Source: Candidatus Zhuqueibacterota bacterium (GTDB lineage: Bacteria > BS750m-G25). Taken from it: 45,564 bases of DNA. Position 1 is the first letter of the stretch, and each line of letters opens with the position of its first letter. Position numbers and translations under genes: made by a program. The notes below the pieces were generated by a model that was given only the letters and a program-made list of their open reading frames with translations, had not been told where the DNA came from and ran no database searches. This document shows, in pieces, positions 30,118-39,670 of the stretch. The stretch lies in NCBI GenBank assembly GCA_016783505.1, contig JADHWK010000016.1, positions 1 through 45,564 on the forward strand, read 5' to 3'.

Positions 30118-30266
30118 TGTTCTAAACAAGTATATCAGGTGATCAGGACATCAGTGGGAAGAATATTAGAAAATCAGGAGAACAGTATAGGATAGATGAG
30201 TTAAATGTTGCACGGAGAAAATAATCTGGTGTTCTGGTAACCTAATCCTCTTCCAACTGATTTACT

Positions 30267-30521
30267 GATCAGTCCGGCGTCAGTCGGGCGGGCCTATTGC
30301 AGAACTACCGCATCGGTCAGGCGCCCGACTGATAGGAATAAATTCCTATGCTAATCCAAATAAAGTATGTTGAAACATACTGTAATCAGTCCCGAAGTTT
30401 CGGGGCTTTCTTTGAAATAGCGTGATAATTTATTATCACGCAAATAGGAAACCAGTCCCAAGATCTTTACGACGATTTCAGAGTTGTGCCACAGGCCCGG
30501 GCGCCTGACCGACCTGACGGA
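30267..30521. mobile_element. MITE/REPIN-like composite element copy 2 (different interior)
   Basis: Same ends as 35107-35354; interior hairpins ATAGGAATAAATTCCTAT, AGTATGTTGAAACATACT, GCGTGATAATTTATTATCACGC. Confidence 0.75.
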
Positions 30522-30591
30522 TATTCTTATTTACTTTAATATCAGTAAAGGCCTAATGAAGAAAATGCGGCACTAAGTTCAGGAGGAACCC

Positions 30592-31203
30592 ATGACCAAA
30601 AAACTTAAGCAGAGATTGTGGATGATCGGTCTAATGGCCATAATGGGTGTTATTTCAGCTTCGCTTTTAGCCAGCATCTACCAGTATGCTCAACCCATCG
30701 TGGAACGGAACCGAAGGATTAAGCTCTATTCGGCGGTGCTGACCGTGTTGAGGGTTGATTATTCAATGCCGGATATGGAAGTAGTTTTTCAGGATAGGAT
30801 AAAAATTATCGAACAGGAGGGGCTGACCCTTTATGAAGGATATTCTGATAAGGGACGACTTTTAGGCTATGCCCTGCCCCTCAAGGGTGGGGGGTTCTGG
30901 GGGCCCATTGCCACGGTCCTCGGCCTTGAGCCCGACTGGGAGACCCTCAAAGGGATCGAGATTATTGAAAATGTGGAGACGCCGGGACTGGGTGCCCGGA
31001 TCACCGAACCGGCTTTTAAAGCCTCTTTTAGGGGGCTGAAGGCCACCCCCAACATCACTTATGTGCTGCATAAGGAGCCGGAAAGACCCAATGAATTTCA
31101 GGCCATAACCGGGGCCACAGAGACAAGTAAATCTATTGCCAGGATCTTTAACAAGGGGATCAGACAATATCGTGGAGTTTTTGAAATATCCCTTGCGCAA
31201 TGA
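30592..31203 (+). CDS. nqrC: NqrC/RnfG-family FMN-binding subunit
   Basis: GGGFWGPI, ETPGLGARI, FMN site ITGATETS. Confidence 0.85.
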   Translation: MTKKLKQRLWMIGLMAIMGVISASLLASIYQYAQPIVERNRRIKLYSAVLTVLRVDYSMPDMEVVFQDRIKIIEQEGLTLYEGYSDKGRLLGYALPLKGGGFWGPIATVLGLEPDWETLKGIEIIENVETPGLGARITEPAFKASFRGLKATPNITYVLHKEPERPNEFQAITGATETSKSIARIFNKGIRQYRGVFEISLAQ

Positions 31204-31334
31204 AAATTGAAAAGTGTCTCGAACATTCGGGGGAAAATGCAAAATAGTGAAGAACAAATAACTTTGCATTTTGATATTTTCATTTTTCAATCAAGCTTAT
31301 GCGTGCCGGTGCATATCATTTGGATAAAATAATT

Positions 31335-31504
31335 ATGGCAGAAAAATTAATCGTTGAAGGATTCAAACAATTTGGAGGAAAGCATTGCCAGACGACGTCA
31401 CTGAAGAATGTATCTCTTTACTAGACAATTTGAAACAGAAGATTATTGAATGTTATGAGATAGAAGAACGAGCATTTCAGATATTAAGTAATACTGTAAA
31501 ATGA
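31335..31504 (+). pseudogene. internally deleted BtrH-N/DUF4872-like remnant
   Basis: MAEKLIVEGFKQFGGKHCQTTSLKNV then frame-shifted tail IIECYEIEERAFQIL*. Confidence 0.4.
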
Positions 31505-31608
31505 AGTGGCAAAACAAGCCCAATAACAGATCAACTACGCCATTCCGATTATTAAAAATCCAATAGGAAAATGTATTATTTGGGCAAGGTGAATAGAAAG
31601 GAGATGCT

Positions 31609-32280
31609 ATGGCTGAAACTGGTATCCAAGTTCAAGCAATACCGATGGTGAAGCCCGGGTTGTCGCTCTGGCATAAGGTCAAAAAGAGCCGAAGTTACAC
31701 CGACTTAGTCAGGGGGCTGTGGGCGGATAACCCCACCTACCGCATGGTGCTGGGCATGTGTCCCACCCTGGCGGTGACCAATACCGCGGTGAACAGCGTG
31801 GCCATGGGTCTGGCCACCATGTCGGTTACCATCTTTAGCTCGGTCGCCATATCCATCATTCGCCGCATCATTCCCCGGCGGGTGCGTTTGGCGGTCTTTA
31901 TGATCATTATCGCCACCCTGGTCACCTTCGTGGATCTGTTTTTCAAAGCCGTCCTGCCGGACATCAGCGAAGCCCTGGGTGCCTATGTGGGGCTGATTAT
32001 CACCAATTGCATCATTCTGGGGCGGGCTGAGGCCTTTGCCTCGATCAACAAACCCTGGTACTCTTTCTTAGACGCCCTGGGAGTGGGACTGGGATTCACC
32101 GCTTCGCTTACCATTCTGGGCATGGTGCGGGAATTCTTAGGATTTGGCACCATCTTCTACCAGGAGGTCGCTGGCGCCGGTTGGACCGATTGGGCGATTA
32201 TGATCATGCCCCCGGGCGCCTTCTTAACCCTTGGGGTATTATATGGAATATTTAACAGCATCTCAAAACCTAAAGAATAG
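31609..32280 (+). CDS. NqrD/RnfE-family subunit
   Basis: DNP..LGMCPTLAVT, GLIITNCIILGRAEAFA, MPPGAF. Confidence 0.9.
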   Translation: MAETGIQVQAIPMVKPGLSLWHKVKKSRSYTDLVRGLWADNPTYRMVLGMCPTLAVTNTAVNSVAMGLATMSVTIFSSVAISIIRRIIPRRVRLAVFMIIIATLVTFVDLFFKAVLPDISEALGAYVGLIITNCIILGRAEAFASINKPWYSFLDALGVGLGFTASLTILGMVREFLGFGTIFYQEVAGAGWTDWAIMIMPPGAFLTLGVLYGIFNSISKPKE

Positions 32281-32289
32281 GAGTAGATA

Positions 32290-32871
32290 ATGGAAGCTTT
32301 TCTTATCATCATTGCCTCGATCTTTACCGCCAATATTGCCCTGTCCAATTTTCTAGGGATGTGCCCCTTCATCGCCATCTCCAAGGACTATCACTCAGCC
32401 ATCGGGATGGGTATGGCGGTCACCTTTGTCCTCACCATTACGGCAACCGCAAACTGGATTATTGACTATTATGTCTTGGTGCCACTGGGGGTGGGATATT
32501 TGCGCTTTGTCATCTTCATTATCGTGATCGCTGCCATGGTGCAGATCGTGGAGATGTTTATGGAACGGTTCTCCCCCACCCTGTACAATGCCCTGGGTAT
32601 TTTCCTGCCGCTAATCACCGTCAACTGTGCCATTTTGGGGGTTTCGCTATTTATGATTTTGCGTGAATATACCTTTATCAAGGCGGTGGCCTTCGGTTTC
32701 GGGGGAGGGGTGGGCTGGAGCTTGGCCATTATCGCTATGGCCAGTATTCGCAATCGGCTGCAATTTTCCAATGTCCCCCGTCAACTTCAGGGAGCCGGCA
32801 TTACTATGATCATCGCCGGAATGATGGCCCTGGGGTTTATGGGCTTTGCCGGTATGGTGCCTATTCAATAA
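32290..32871 (+). CDS. NqrE/RnfA-family subunit
   Basis: NIALSNFLGMCPFIAISK, FLPLITVNCAILG. Confidence 0.9.
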   Translation: MEAFLIIIASIFTANIALSNFLGMCPFIAISKDYHSAIGMGMAVTFVLTITATANWIIDYYVLVPLGVGYLRFVIFIIVIAAMVQIVEMFMERFSPTLYNALGIFLPLITVNCAILGVSLFMILREYTFIKAVAFGFGGGVGWSLAIIAMASIRNRLQFSNVPRQLQGAGITMIIAGMMALGFMGFAGMVPIQ

Positions 32872-32972
32872 TTGCAGAGGAAACAGGGATGATTATAAAC
32901 AGTTGCTTCAAGGTTGCACCTTGAAGTATTACAAAAAAGTTCAGGTTACACTATGGGTAGGTTTTAATAAAA

Positions 32973-33494
32973 ATGGCTGAATTTAAAGACAGACTTTATA
33001 TGGCCCTTGGTCGACTTACCGTCAATTACTCTTTACTTGAGGAGAATTTTATACTTTTGATTACCGCCCTGCTTGGTGTAGACTTTAAGATTGGAGACAT
33101 CATTACATGCAAACAGTCGTTTTCTGGCCTACTTAAACTATCAGACGCCCTCTTTAGGCAAAAGATAGATGACCAAGAGTTACTTGAACAGTTAAGGCTT
33201 GTGATAAACCAGGCAAGTAAATGCGCCGAACGACGGAATTCATTAATTCACTCAATGTGGTACTTTGCTGATCCTGAAATTGGAACGGTGCAGATTAAGA
33301 AGAAGGTAAAGATCGGCAAAGGATTTCAGGACACCTTCGACCCTGCTGATGTTGATGATATCAATGATCTAGTAAAATCAATAGAAGAGACAGTACTCGC
33401 TGTAACTGGGCTGCTTATTGAAACCGAACGAAAAGGGTTCATTCGCTTCTTTGATATACCATTTCAGGAAGACAAGACGCAAAATAAAACCTAA
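32973..33494 (+). CDS. HEPN-like hypothetical (cassette-like cargo)
   Basis: ALGRLTVNYSLLE..RRNSLIHSMW (Rx4H); stop codon overlaps ACCTAAC. Confidence 0.6.
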   Translation: MAEFKDRLYMALGRLTVNYSLLEENFILLITALLGVDFKIGDIITCKQSFSGLLKLSDALFRQKIDDQELLEQLRLVINQASKCAERRNSLIHSMWYFADPEIGTVQIKKKVKIGKGFQDTFDPADVDDINDLVKSIEETVLAVTGLLIETERKGFIRFFDIPFQEDKTQNKT

Positions 33495-33631
33495 CCTATC
33501 ACTTTTAACTTTAAGGTAAATAATTCTTTCAAGGTTCAACCTTGAAAGAACAAATGTTATGGAATTTTCACAAGATTCTCGTAAGATAAATTTATATTGC
33601 TATTTAACTAGTTTAAAAAACAGGAAGGATT

Positions 33632-35080
33632 ATGGAGCAACTGAAGATCAAGAAATCATTTCGGGGGGGGATGAAGCTCCCGAAGTTTAAGGGAATTCCT
33701 GATGCAAACATCACCGACTATTTCAGCTTGCCAGCGCTGGTGGTTATCCCTTTGAGGCGGGGGACCGGAGCGGTCAATGAGCCATTAGTTCAGGTGGGCG
33801 ATGAGGTCAGGACGGGGCAGGTCATCGCCTGCAATAACGGGGAGGTGGCCACTCCGGTTCATGCCAGCATCAGCGGCAAGGTAGTGGCTATTGAGAAGAG
33901 ACTCCATCCGACCCAAAAGCCCACCCTGTCGGTGGTGATTGAGGGGGACGGCAGGGATGAGTGGATGAAAACGGCCGAAGAAAAAAGGGCGTGGGAGGAC
34001 CGCACTTCTGAGGAAATCGGTAAAGTGCTCTATGAAGCCGGGGTTACCGGGGGGGGCAAGGGGGGGTTCCCCACCGCTTACCGTTCATCTGAAGTTCCGC
34101 CCGAACAGATTCATACCCTGGTCATCAACGCTATCGAGACCGACCCCTATCTGGTGGCCAACCAACAAATCGTTCTTGATAAGCAGGATGAGTTTTTGCA
34201 GGGCATACGGATTCTTCGCAGGGCCCTGGGGGATGTGGTGGTGCTTTTGGGCGTTGATGTGAAAGACCAGGGATTGGGTAAGCCGCTTTCCGAAAATGCT
34301 AAGGATTGGCCCTGGCTGACCCTCTGTCCACTTCGGGCAAAGTATCCCCAGGGTGAGGAGGAGATTCTTCTCGGCACTTTGTTGAATATTAATCTGCCCG
34401 GCGGTAAAACCCCCGTTGATGCCGGGGTGGTGGTTCAGGATGCGGCCCAAGTGCTGGCGGCCTATGAAGCAGTAGCGCTGGGCAAGCCATTTATTGAAAG
34501 GACGATATCCGTCGGCGGAGATGGGGTAAATTCCCCAAGGAATTTGAAGGTTAGGGTGGGAACGCCCATCCGAGCTATCGCCGATGAATTGGCCCCCAAC
34601 ATCCCCCTGCGGGTAGCCATGAACGGTCTCCTCAAGGGAGTGTATGTGAAGAATTTAGAATCACCCGTCCTGCGGGAGACCGCCGGGCTGACCCTTCTGA
34701 CCGCGTATGATGATCGAACACCTTTCTATTTTGTGAGGATGGGGTTAAATACGTTTTCCTATACCCGTTCGTTTATTTCCCTCCTCCCGGAAAAACCTGT
34801 CGAGCCCAGGCTGCGCGGGGAGGAGCGCGCCTGCCTTAGTTGCGGTTACTGTATTGACGTCTGTCCGGTGGGGCTGGTGCCCACCTACCTGGCCCGATAT
34901 GCTGAAAAAAAGATGTGGGATGAGGCTCAGGAACTGGACATCCTGGCGTGTATTGACTGCAATCTGTGCAGCTATGTGTGCCCGTGTAAGATTTCCCTGG
35001 CGGAACAGATAAAAAAGGGGAAGAGAAGAGTCGCCAAGAAGTTGGCAAAAGAGGAGGCTGCTCAAGCGGCTGTTAGCTAA
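33632..35080 (+). CDS. RnfC/NqrA-intermediate subunit with 2x[4Fe-4S] motifs
   Basis: PVHASISGKV, GGFPT, NAIETDPYL, KYPQGEE, TFSYTRSF..GEERACLSCGYCIDVCP, CIDCNLCSYVCP. Confidence 0.88.
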   Translation: MEQLKIKKSFRGGMKLPKFKGIPDANITDYFSLPALVVIPLRRGTGAVNEPLVQVGDEVRTGQVIACNNGEVATPVHASISGKVVAIEKRLHPTQKPTLSVVIEGDGRDEWMKTAEEKRAWEDRTSEEIGKVLYEAGVTGGGKGGFPTAYRSSEVPPEQIHTLVINAIETDPYLVANQQIVLDKQDEFLQGIRILRRALGDVVVLLGVDVKDQGLGKPLSENAKDWPWLTLCPLRAKYPQGEEEILLGTLLNINLPGGKTPVDAGVVVQDAAQVLAAYEAVALGKPFIERTISVGGDGVNSPRNLKVRVGTPIRAIADELAPNIPLRVAMNGLLKGVYVKNLESPVLRETAGLTLLTAYDDRTPFYFVRMGLNTFSYTRSFISLLPEKPVEPRLRGEERACLSCGYCIDVCPVGLVPTYLARYAEKKMWDEAQELDILACIDCNLCSYVCPCKISLAEQIKKGKRRVAKKLAKEEAAQAAVS

Positions 35081-35106
35081 ACAGTAAAGAGCACATTGGG
35101 AAATCC

Positions 35107-35354
35107 GATCAGTCCGGCGTCAGTTAGGCGGGTCTGTGGCACAACTTAAAGATCCTTTATTTTCCGTTTGAAGATCTTGCCTGCTCAACAAGGGCCAAAA
35201 CCTATCCCGAAGCATCGGGATAAGGTTCTGGTTAAGGCCATCTTTAACAACTATTTAACCAGAACCGCTCTTTAGAGCGGTTCTAAACATAACCCCTAAA
35301 TTATCAATTGCGATAGTTGTGCCACAGGCCCAGGCGCCTGACTGACCTGACGGA
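35107..35354. mobile_element. MITE/REPIN-like composite element copy 3
   Basis: Ends as 30267 copy, interior as 13383 copy. Confidence 0.78.
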
Positions 35355-35409
35355 AGCACGATCCCGAAACTTCGGGACAAAATACAAAGCAACAATAAAA
35401 ACAGCGACA

Positions 35410-35462
35410 GGAGTTACCCCGGAGCTTCGCGGTTTATGATAAACCGCTGAAGCGGTAACTCC
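35410..35462. repeat. branched hairpin repeat; related copy at 41718-41770
   Basis: GGAGTTACC..CGGTTTATGATAAACCG..GGTAACTCC vs GAGTTACC..GGTTTAGGATAAACC..GGTAACTTC. Confidence 0.6.
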
Positions 35463-35761
35463 AAATTTCACTGAAAAGATTTGGAACAGGAATCAACGGA
35501 ACTTACGAATATTTGTGGCTCTCTCGCTCCCGGTGGATGTCGCCTGCCCGCCATCCCGAAGCTTCGGGATAGTGGTGAGTCATCCGCCGGAAATCCTGTG
35601 GTATCAATATAATAGTCGAGGATGACAATATCCTCGACGAGCATGGATGGTGTCATTATAATGATTACTTTTTAAAATGGTTTAGGGTTTAGTATTTTCA
35701 ACGTTAGCAATTTTTACCAAAATTTAGTTAGGATAATATGGTAATTTAAGGAGATATTACC

Positions 35762-36844
35762 ATGGGACCGATAGTTACGCCAATAGTCGTTTTGAGCTCC
35801 GTTGGGGCTGGTCTGGCCATTATCTTGGTTCTGGCGGAGAAGTATTTAGCCAGTTATGGGGAATGTCGCATCAAGGTGAAGGGAGAGAAGGAGATCGTGG
35901 TGGAGGGCGGGGGCACCCTGCAGGCGAGCTTGACGGATAACGGGGTTTTTGTCCCTTCCGCCTGCGGGGGAAAGGGAACCTGTGGAACCTGCAAGGTTCA
36001 GATATTCAATAAAGGCGCCGGTGAGCCCCTGGCCACTGAGATTCCCTATCTCTCCAAGGAAGACCTGGAAAACGGTTTTCGCCTCTCCTGTCTGGTGAAG
36101 GTGAAAAATGATCTGGAAGTTTCTGTCCCCAAGATCCATGAGTTCAGGACTATCGTTACAAAGATCGAGGACCTCACCCACGACATAAAGTCCATTATCT
36201 TTGAGTTGCAGGATGGCGAGACCATTGATTTCAAGCCGGGGCAGTATGTGATGATGCGCATGCCGGGCACCGAGGAGGAGCCGGTGATGCGGGCATATTC
36301 CATTGCTTCAAAGCCCTCGGACAACCATGTCGTCGAGCTCCTCATCCGATTGGTACCCGGGGGATTGATGACCACTTATGTCTTTACCGAGTTAAAAGTG
36401 GGGGACGAAGTCTACCTCTCCGGACCATACGGAGAATTTTACCTGCGGGATTCCGACAAAGATATCATCTGCGTTGGCGGGGGCTCCGGGGTGGCACCCA
36501 TCAAGTCCATCATTACCCATCTCTTCGAAAAGGACACCGACAGGAAAGTAACCTATTATTTTGGGGCCCGGGCGGTGAAGGATCTTTATTTCTACAAAGA
36601 ATGTCTTGAGTTGAAGGAGAAATATCCGAACTTCAGATTTATTACCGCCCTCTCTGATTTGGATGAAGGCGACCAATGGGACGGGGACACCGGGTTTATC
36701 CATCTGGTGATAGACAAATATTTAGAGGATGGGGAAGACATGGAGAGCTACATGTGCGGCCCGCCGCCGATGATTGATGCCGCCATTGATATGCTGGTGG
36801 AAAAGGACATGGATGAAGATGATATTTATTTTGACAAGTTCTGA
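35762..36844 (+). CDS. nqrF: NqrF-like [2Fe-2S]/FAD/NADH reductase subunit
   Basis: N-terminal TM, SACGGKGTCGTCKV..RLSC, RAYSIAS, GPYGEF, GGGSGVAP, YMCGPPPM, FDKF. Confidence 0.9.
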   Translation: MGPIVTPIVVLSSVGAGLAIILVLAEKYLASYGECRIKVKGEKEIVVEGGGTLQASLTDNGVFVPSACGGKGTCGTCKVQIFNKGAGEPLATEIPYLSKEDLENGFRLSCLVKVKNDLEVSVPKIHEFRTIVTKIEDLTHDIKSIIFELQDGETIDFKPGQYVMMRMPGTEEEPVMRAYSIASKPSDNHVVELLIRLVPGGLMTTYVFTELKVGDEVYLSGPYGEFYLRDSDKDIICVGGGSGVAPIKSIITHLFEKDTDRKVTYYFGARAVKDLYFYKECLELKEKYPNFRFITALSDLDEGDQWDGDTGFIHLVIDKYLEDGEDMESYMCGPPPMIDAAIDMLVEKDMDEDDIYFDKF

Positions 36845-36856
36845 GCGAAAAAGGCC

Positions 36857-36885
36857 TTGAAAAATCGGCCAGCAAATTGTATATT
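36857..36885 (+). promoter_or_regulatory. sigma70-type promoter of V/A-ATPase operon
   Basis: TTGAAA-17 bp-TATATT upstream of first ATPase gene. Confidence 0.45.
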
Positions 36886-36896
36886 GAGGTGACCGA

Positions 36897-37226
36897 ATGG
36901 AGAAGACGAAAATGCCCATAGACCTGATTCGCCAGGTCAAGGAGGCCGAAGTTCAAGGCCAGAAATCGGTTGAGGGGGCCAGGAGGGAAGCGGGGGGGAT
37001 AGTGGAGAAGGCAAGGCAAGTCACGGTGGACCTTCTGGAGGGTGCAAAGCGAGAGGCCAAGGAAATGGAGAAAAGATTGATAAAGGAGAGAACCCTTAAA
37101 GCACAAGAAGAGGTCGAATCGCTTAAGAAGGCTAATAAAAAGAAGATTGAAGAGCTTCGGGACCAGGCGGCTAAGAACATGGAAAGGGCGGTTTCCTTTA
37201 TCGTGGATAAGATTTCCGGTGGTTAG
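36897..37226 (+). CDS. V/A-type ATPase subunit H(G)
   Basis: Charged coiled coil IRQVKEAE..AVSFIVDKI, first in operon before subunit I. Confidence 0.8.
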   Translation: MEKTKMPIDLIRQVKEAEVQGQKSVEGARREAGGIVEKARQVTVDLLEGAKREAKEMEKRLIKERTLKAQEEVESLKKANKKKIEELRDQAAKNMERAVSFIVDKISGG

Positions 37227-37355
37227 CAAAATAAGTTTTTATTATAATCAGCCTAACTCAACCCTTTGAAATATATCCATTCAAGACCTTCAAGCCCTGA
37301 ACATTTTTTGGTCCCTCTTTACGAGTTTTATTGGTAGTCGTTAGGGTAAGAATAA

Positions 37356-37631
37356 ATGTTTAATCCTGAGATTTTCATTAGAAATGCAAGAGAGCTAATA
37401 AATAAATCTATCTCACGTAATATAAAGAAATTTATCTCAAAAAATGATAGATGGATTGCTGTATGGGATAAATCATTAAATCTTGTTGGATTTTATCAAT
37501 TCAATATTTCAAAGGATGGAGAAAAACTATTTTGTCATTTTAGAACACTCTATCCTTTTGTCAGGGCATTTGAAGTAACGCCAAAAATTTTGGGTAAAAA
37601 CTGGGAATTTATGGAGAAAAATATTTGGTAA
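37356..37631 (+). CDS. AT-rich hypothetical (inserted cargo)
   Basis: 91-aa ORF between ATPase H and I, preceded by GTTAGGG. Confidence 0.45.
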   Translation: MFNPEIFIRNARELINKSISRNIKKFISKNDRWIAVWDKSLNLVGFYQFNISKDGEKLFCHFRTLYPFVRAFEVTPKILGKNWEFMEKNIW

Positions 37632-37682
37632 ATTGTATGTAACTATTAAATTCGTGAATAATAAAATTATATAAGGAGAAAG

Positions 37683-39656
37683 ATGGCTGTCAGCCGGATA
37701 AAAAAAATTCACCTCCTAGGCCACATCACAGCACGAGAGAGGATAGTGGATGCCTTAAGGAAGATGGGGGTTCTTCAGATAACGGATCTAAAAAAGCGAC
37801 TGATTGAGGAAGATGTAAAAATAATAGATGAGAAGGGGATAGAAGATCCCGATTTAGAGGCACGATTATCCAGGCTTCAATATATGGTAGAATTTATTTC
37901 GGGTTTTCAAGAGAAACCGAAGATGCTGGAGACCATGCTTAACCCAAAGCTGATCATCGGTGAAGATGAGCTTAAAAATGTTGCTGAGAACTTTAATGTA
38001 GACGAAATGTATCGGCGGTATTCCGAGCTTGAAAACAAAATCAAGGAGGCCGAAAGTGAAAAGAGTAGAAAAGAATCATTGTTGAAGGATCTGATACCCT
38101 GGGCGGCATTGGACATTCCCCTACAGGAGATAGCTGACACTGAAAAAACCTGTATCTCTTTGGGCATTATTAAAACCCAGTCCTTCCCAATTTTGCAAGA
38201 AGGATTGGCTCAAATTACAGGGGAGCTTCATCTCGATATAGTGGAAACCATCAAAACCTTGACCTATTTCGTTCTGATATTTTCCAGGGATTATGAAGGC
38301 CAGATACTGGAGGTTTTGAAGAAAGAGAACGGGCGATTGGTAAAATTCGAGGGGCTCATCGGTATCCCCAGGAAAGTTATCGAGGAAATAGAATATGAAC
38401 TGGAGGATATTGAAAAACAGCTCCTAGCTTATAAAAAAGAAGGGGAGGAATTAGCCTCAGAGAAAGATAAGGTTTTAATTGCATATGATTATCTCTCAGA
38501 GCTCCTGGCGAAGAAGAAGGTTCAGAACAATTTTGCCCATACCGCTGAAACCTTCGTGATTGAAGGATGGATCCGCGAGAAGGACGAAGAAGTAATCCGT
38601 CAGCGGTTGTCCCGAATCTCCCCGGAGATCGAGATAATCGCTCTTCCACCCGGGGAAGATGACAAACCCCCCATCGCATTGGAAAATAAATCTTATGTTA
38701 CCCCGTTTGAATTCGTCACCACCCTATACGGGCGGCCGCTCTATCGGGAGTACGATCCCACCCCCCTGTTGGCCCCGTTTTTTATTCTCTTCTTTGCCCT
38801 GTGCCTCACCGATGGCGGCTATGGCTTGACCCTGGCGGCCCTGGCCCTCCTGGGTATGAAGAAATTAAAAGGCGGCCCAGGGGTAACCAAGCTCTTCAGG
38901 CTGATGTTCTTCGGCGGTCTGATTACCGCAGTGGTGGGACTTTTTACGGGGGGTTGGTTTGGAATTGAAACCGGGGTTCTCCCATCGGCATTGCGGAAAG
39001 TGATCCTCCTGAATCCCCTTGAAGACCCCATGAAGATGCTAAATCTGGCCTTTGCATTGGGAATATTGCAGATTTTCTTCGGGATCGGGATAAAGATGTA
39101 CAGTAACATCCGGGCGGGAAAGGTAGTTGCCGCCCTGCTCGATCAGGGGTTGTGGCTGGTCTTTCTGACCTTTTTGGTGCCCTTAGGTTATAGCCTTATC
39201 CTGGGGGGAGAGGTCAGCCAGGGAATTTTGTCGGTGGCCCAAAAAGGGGCTCTATATGGTGTGATTCTTTTGGTTTTAACCCAGGGCCGGCGTCAGAAAA
39301 ATCCGGTAATGAAGCTGCTGGCGGGGGTGGCCAAATTGTACGACGTGGTGGGTTATTTCGGCGATGTGTTGTCCTACGCCAGGCTTTTGGCCTTGGGTCT
39401 GGCAACCAGTGCCATTGGCTTAGCTATCAATGGTATTGCCAAGATGGCCCTGGGTATGCCCTATTACATCGGTTATGTGGTGGCCCTGTTCGTTTTAGTC
39501 GGCGGTCACCTCTTCAATTTGGCAGTGAATACCCTGGGGGGATTCGTCCACTCCGGGAGGTTGCAGTATCTGGAGTTCTTTTCCAAATTCTTTGAAGGCG
39601 GGGGTGCTGAGTTTAAGCCTTTTAAGGAGGAGACGAAATATACTGTAGTGAAGTAA
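37683..39656 (+). CDS. atpI: V/A-type ATPase subunit I (a)
   Basis: YGRP.Y.EYDPT, DGGYG, GDVLSYARLLALGL, HSGRLQYLEFFSKFFEGGG. Confidence 0.96.
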   Translation: MAVSRIKKIHLLGHITARERIVDALRKMGVLQITDLKKRLIEEDVKIIDEKGIEDPDLEARLSRLQYMVEFISGFQEKPKMLETMLNPKLIIGEDELKNVAENFNVDEMYRRYSELENKIKEAESEKSRKESLLKDLIPWAALDIPLQEIADTEKTCISLGIIKTQSFPILQEGLAQITGELHLDIVETIKTLTYFVLIFSRDYEGQILEVLKKENGRLVKFEGLIGIPRKVIEEIEYELEDIEKQLLAYKKEGEELASEKDKVLIAYDYLSELLAKKKVQNNFAHTAETFVIEGWIREKDEEVIRQRLSRISPEIEIIALPPGEDDKPPIALENKSYVTPFEFVTTLYGRPLYREYDPTPLLAPFFILFFALCLTDGGYGLTLAALALLGMKKLKGGPGVTKLFRLMFFGGLITAVVGLFTGGWFGIETGVLPSALRKVILLNPLEDPMKMLNLAFALGILQIFFGIGIKMYSNIRAGKVVAALLDQGLWLVFLTFLVPLGYSLILGGEVSQGILSVAQKGALYGVILLVLTQGRRQKNPVMKLLAGVAKLYDVVGYFGDVLSYARLLALGLATSAIGLAINGIAKMALGMPYYIGYVVALFVLVGGHLFNLAVNTLGGFVHSGRLQYLEFFSKFFEGGGAEFKPFKEETKYTVVK

Positions 39657-39670
39657 AGTGAAAACAATCT

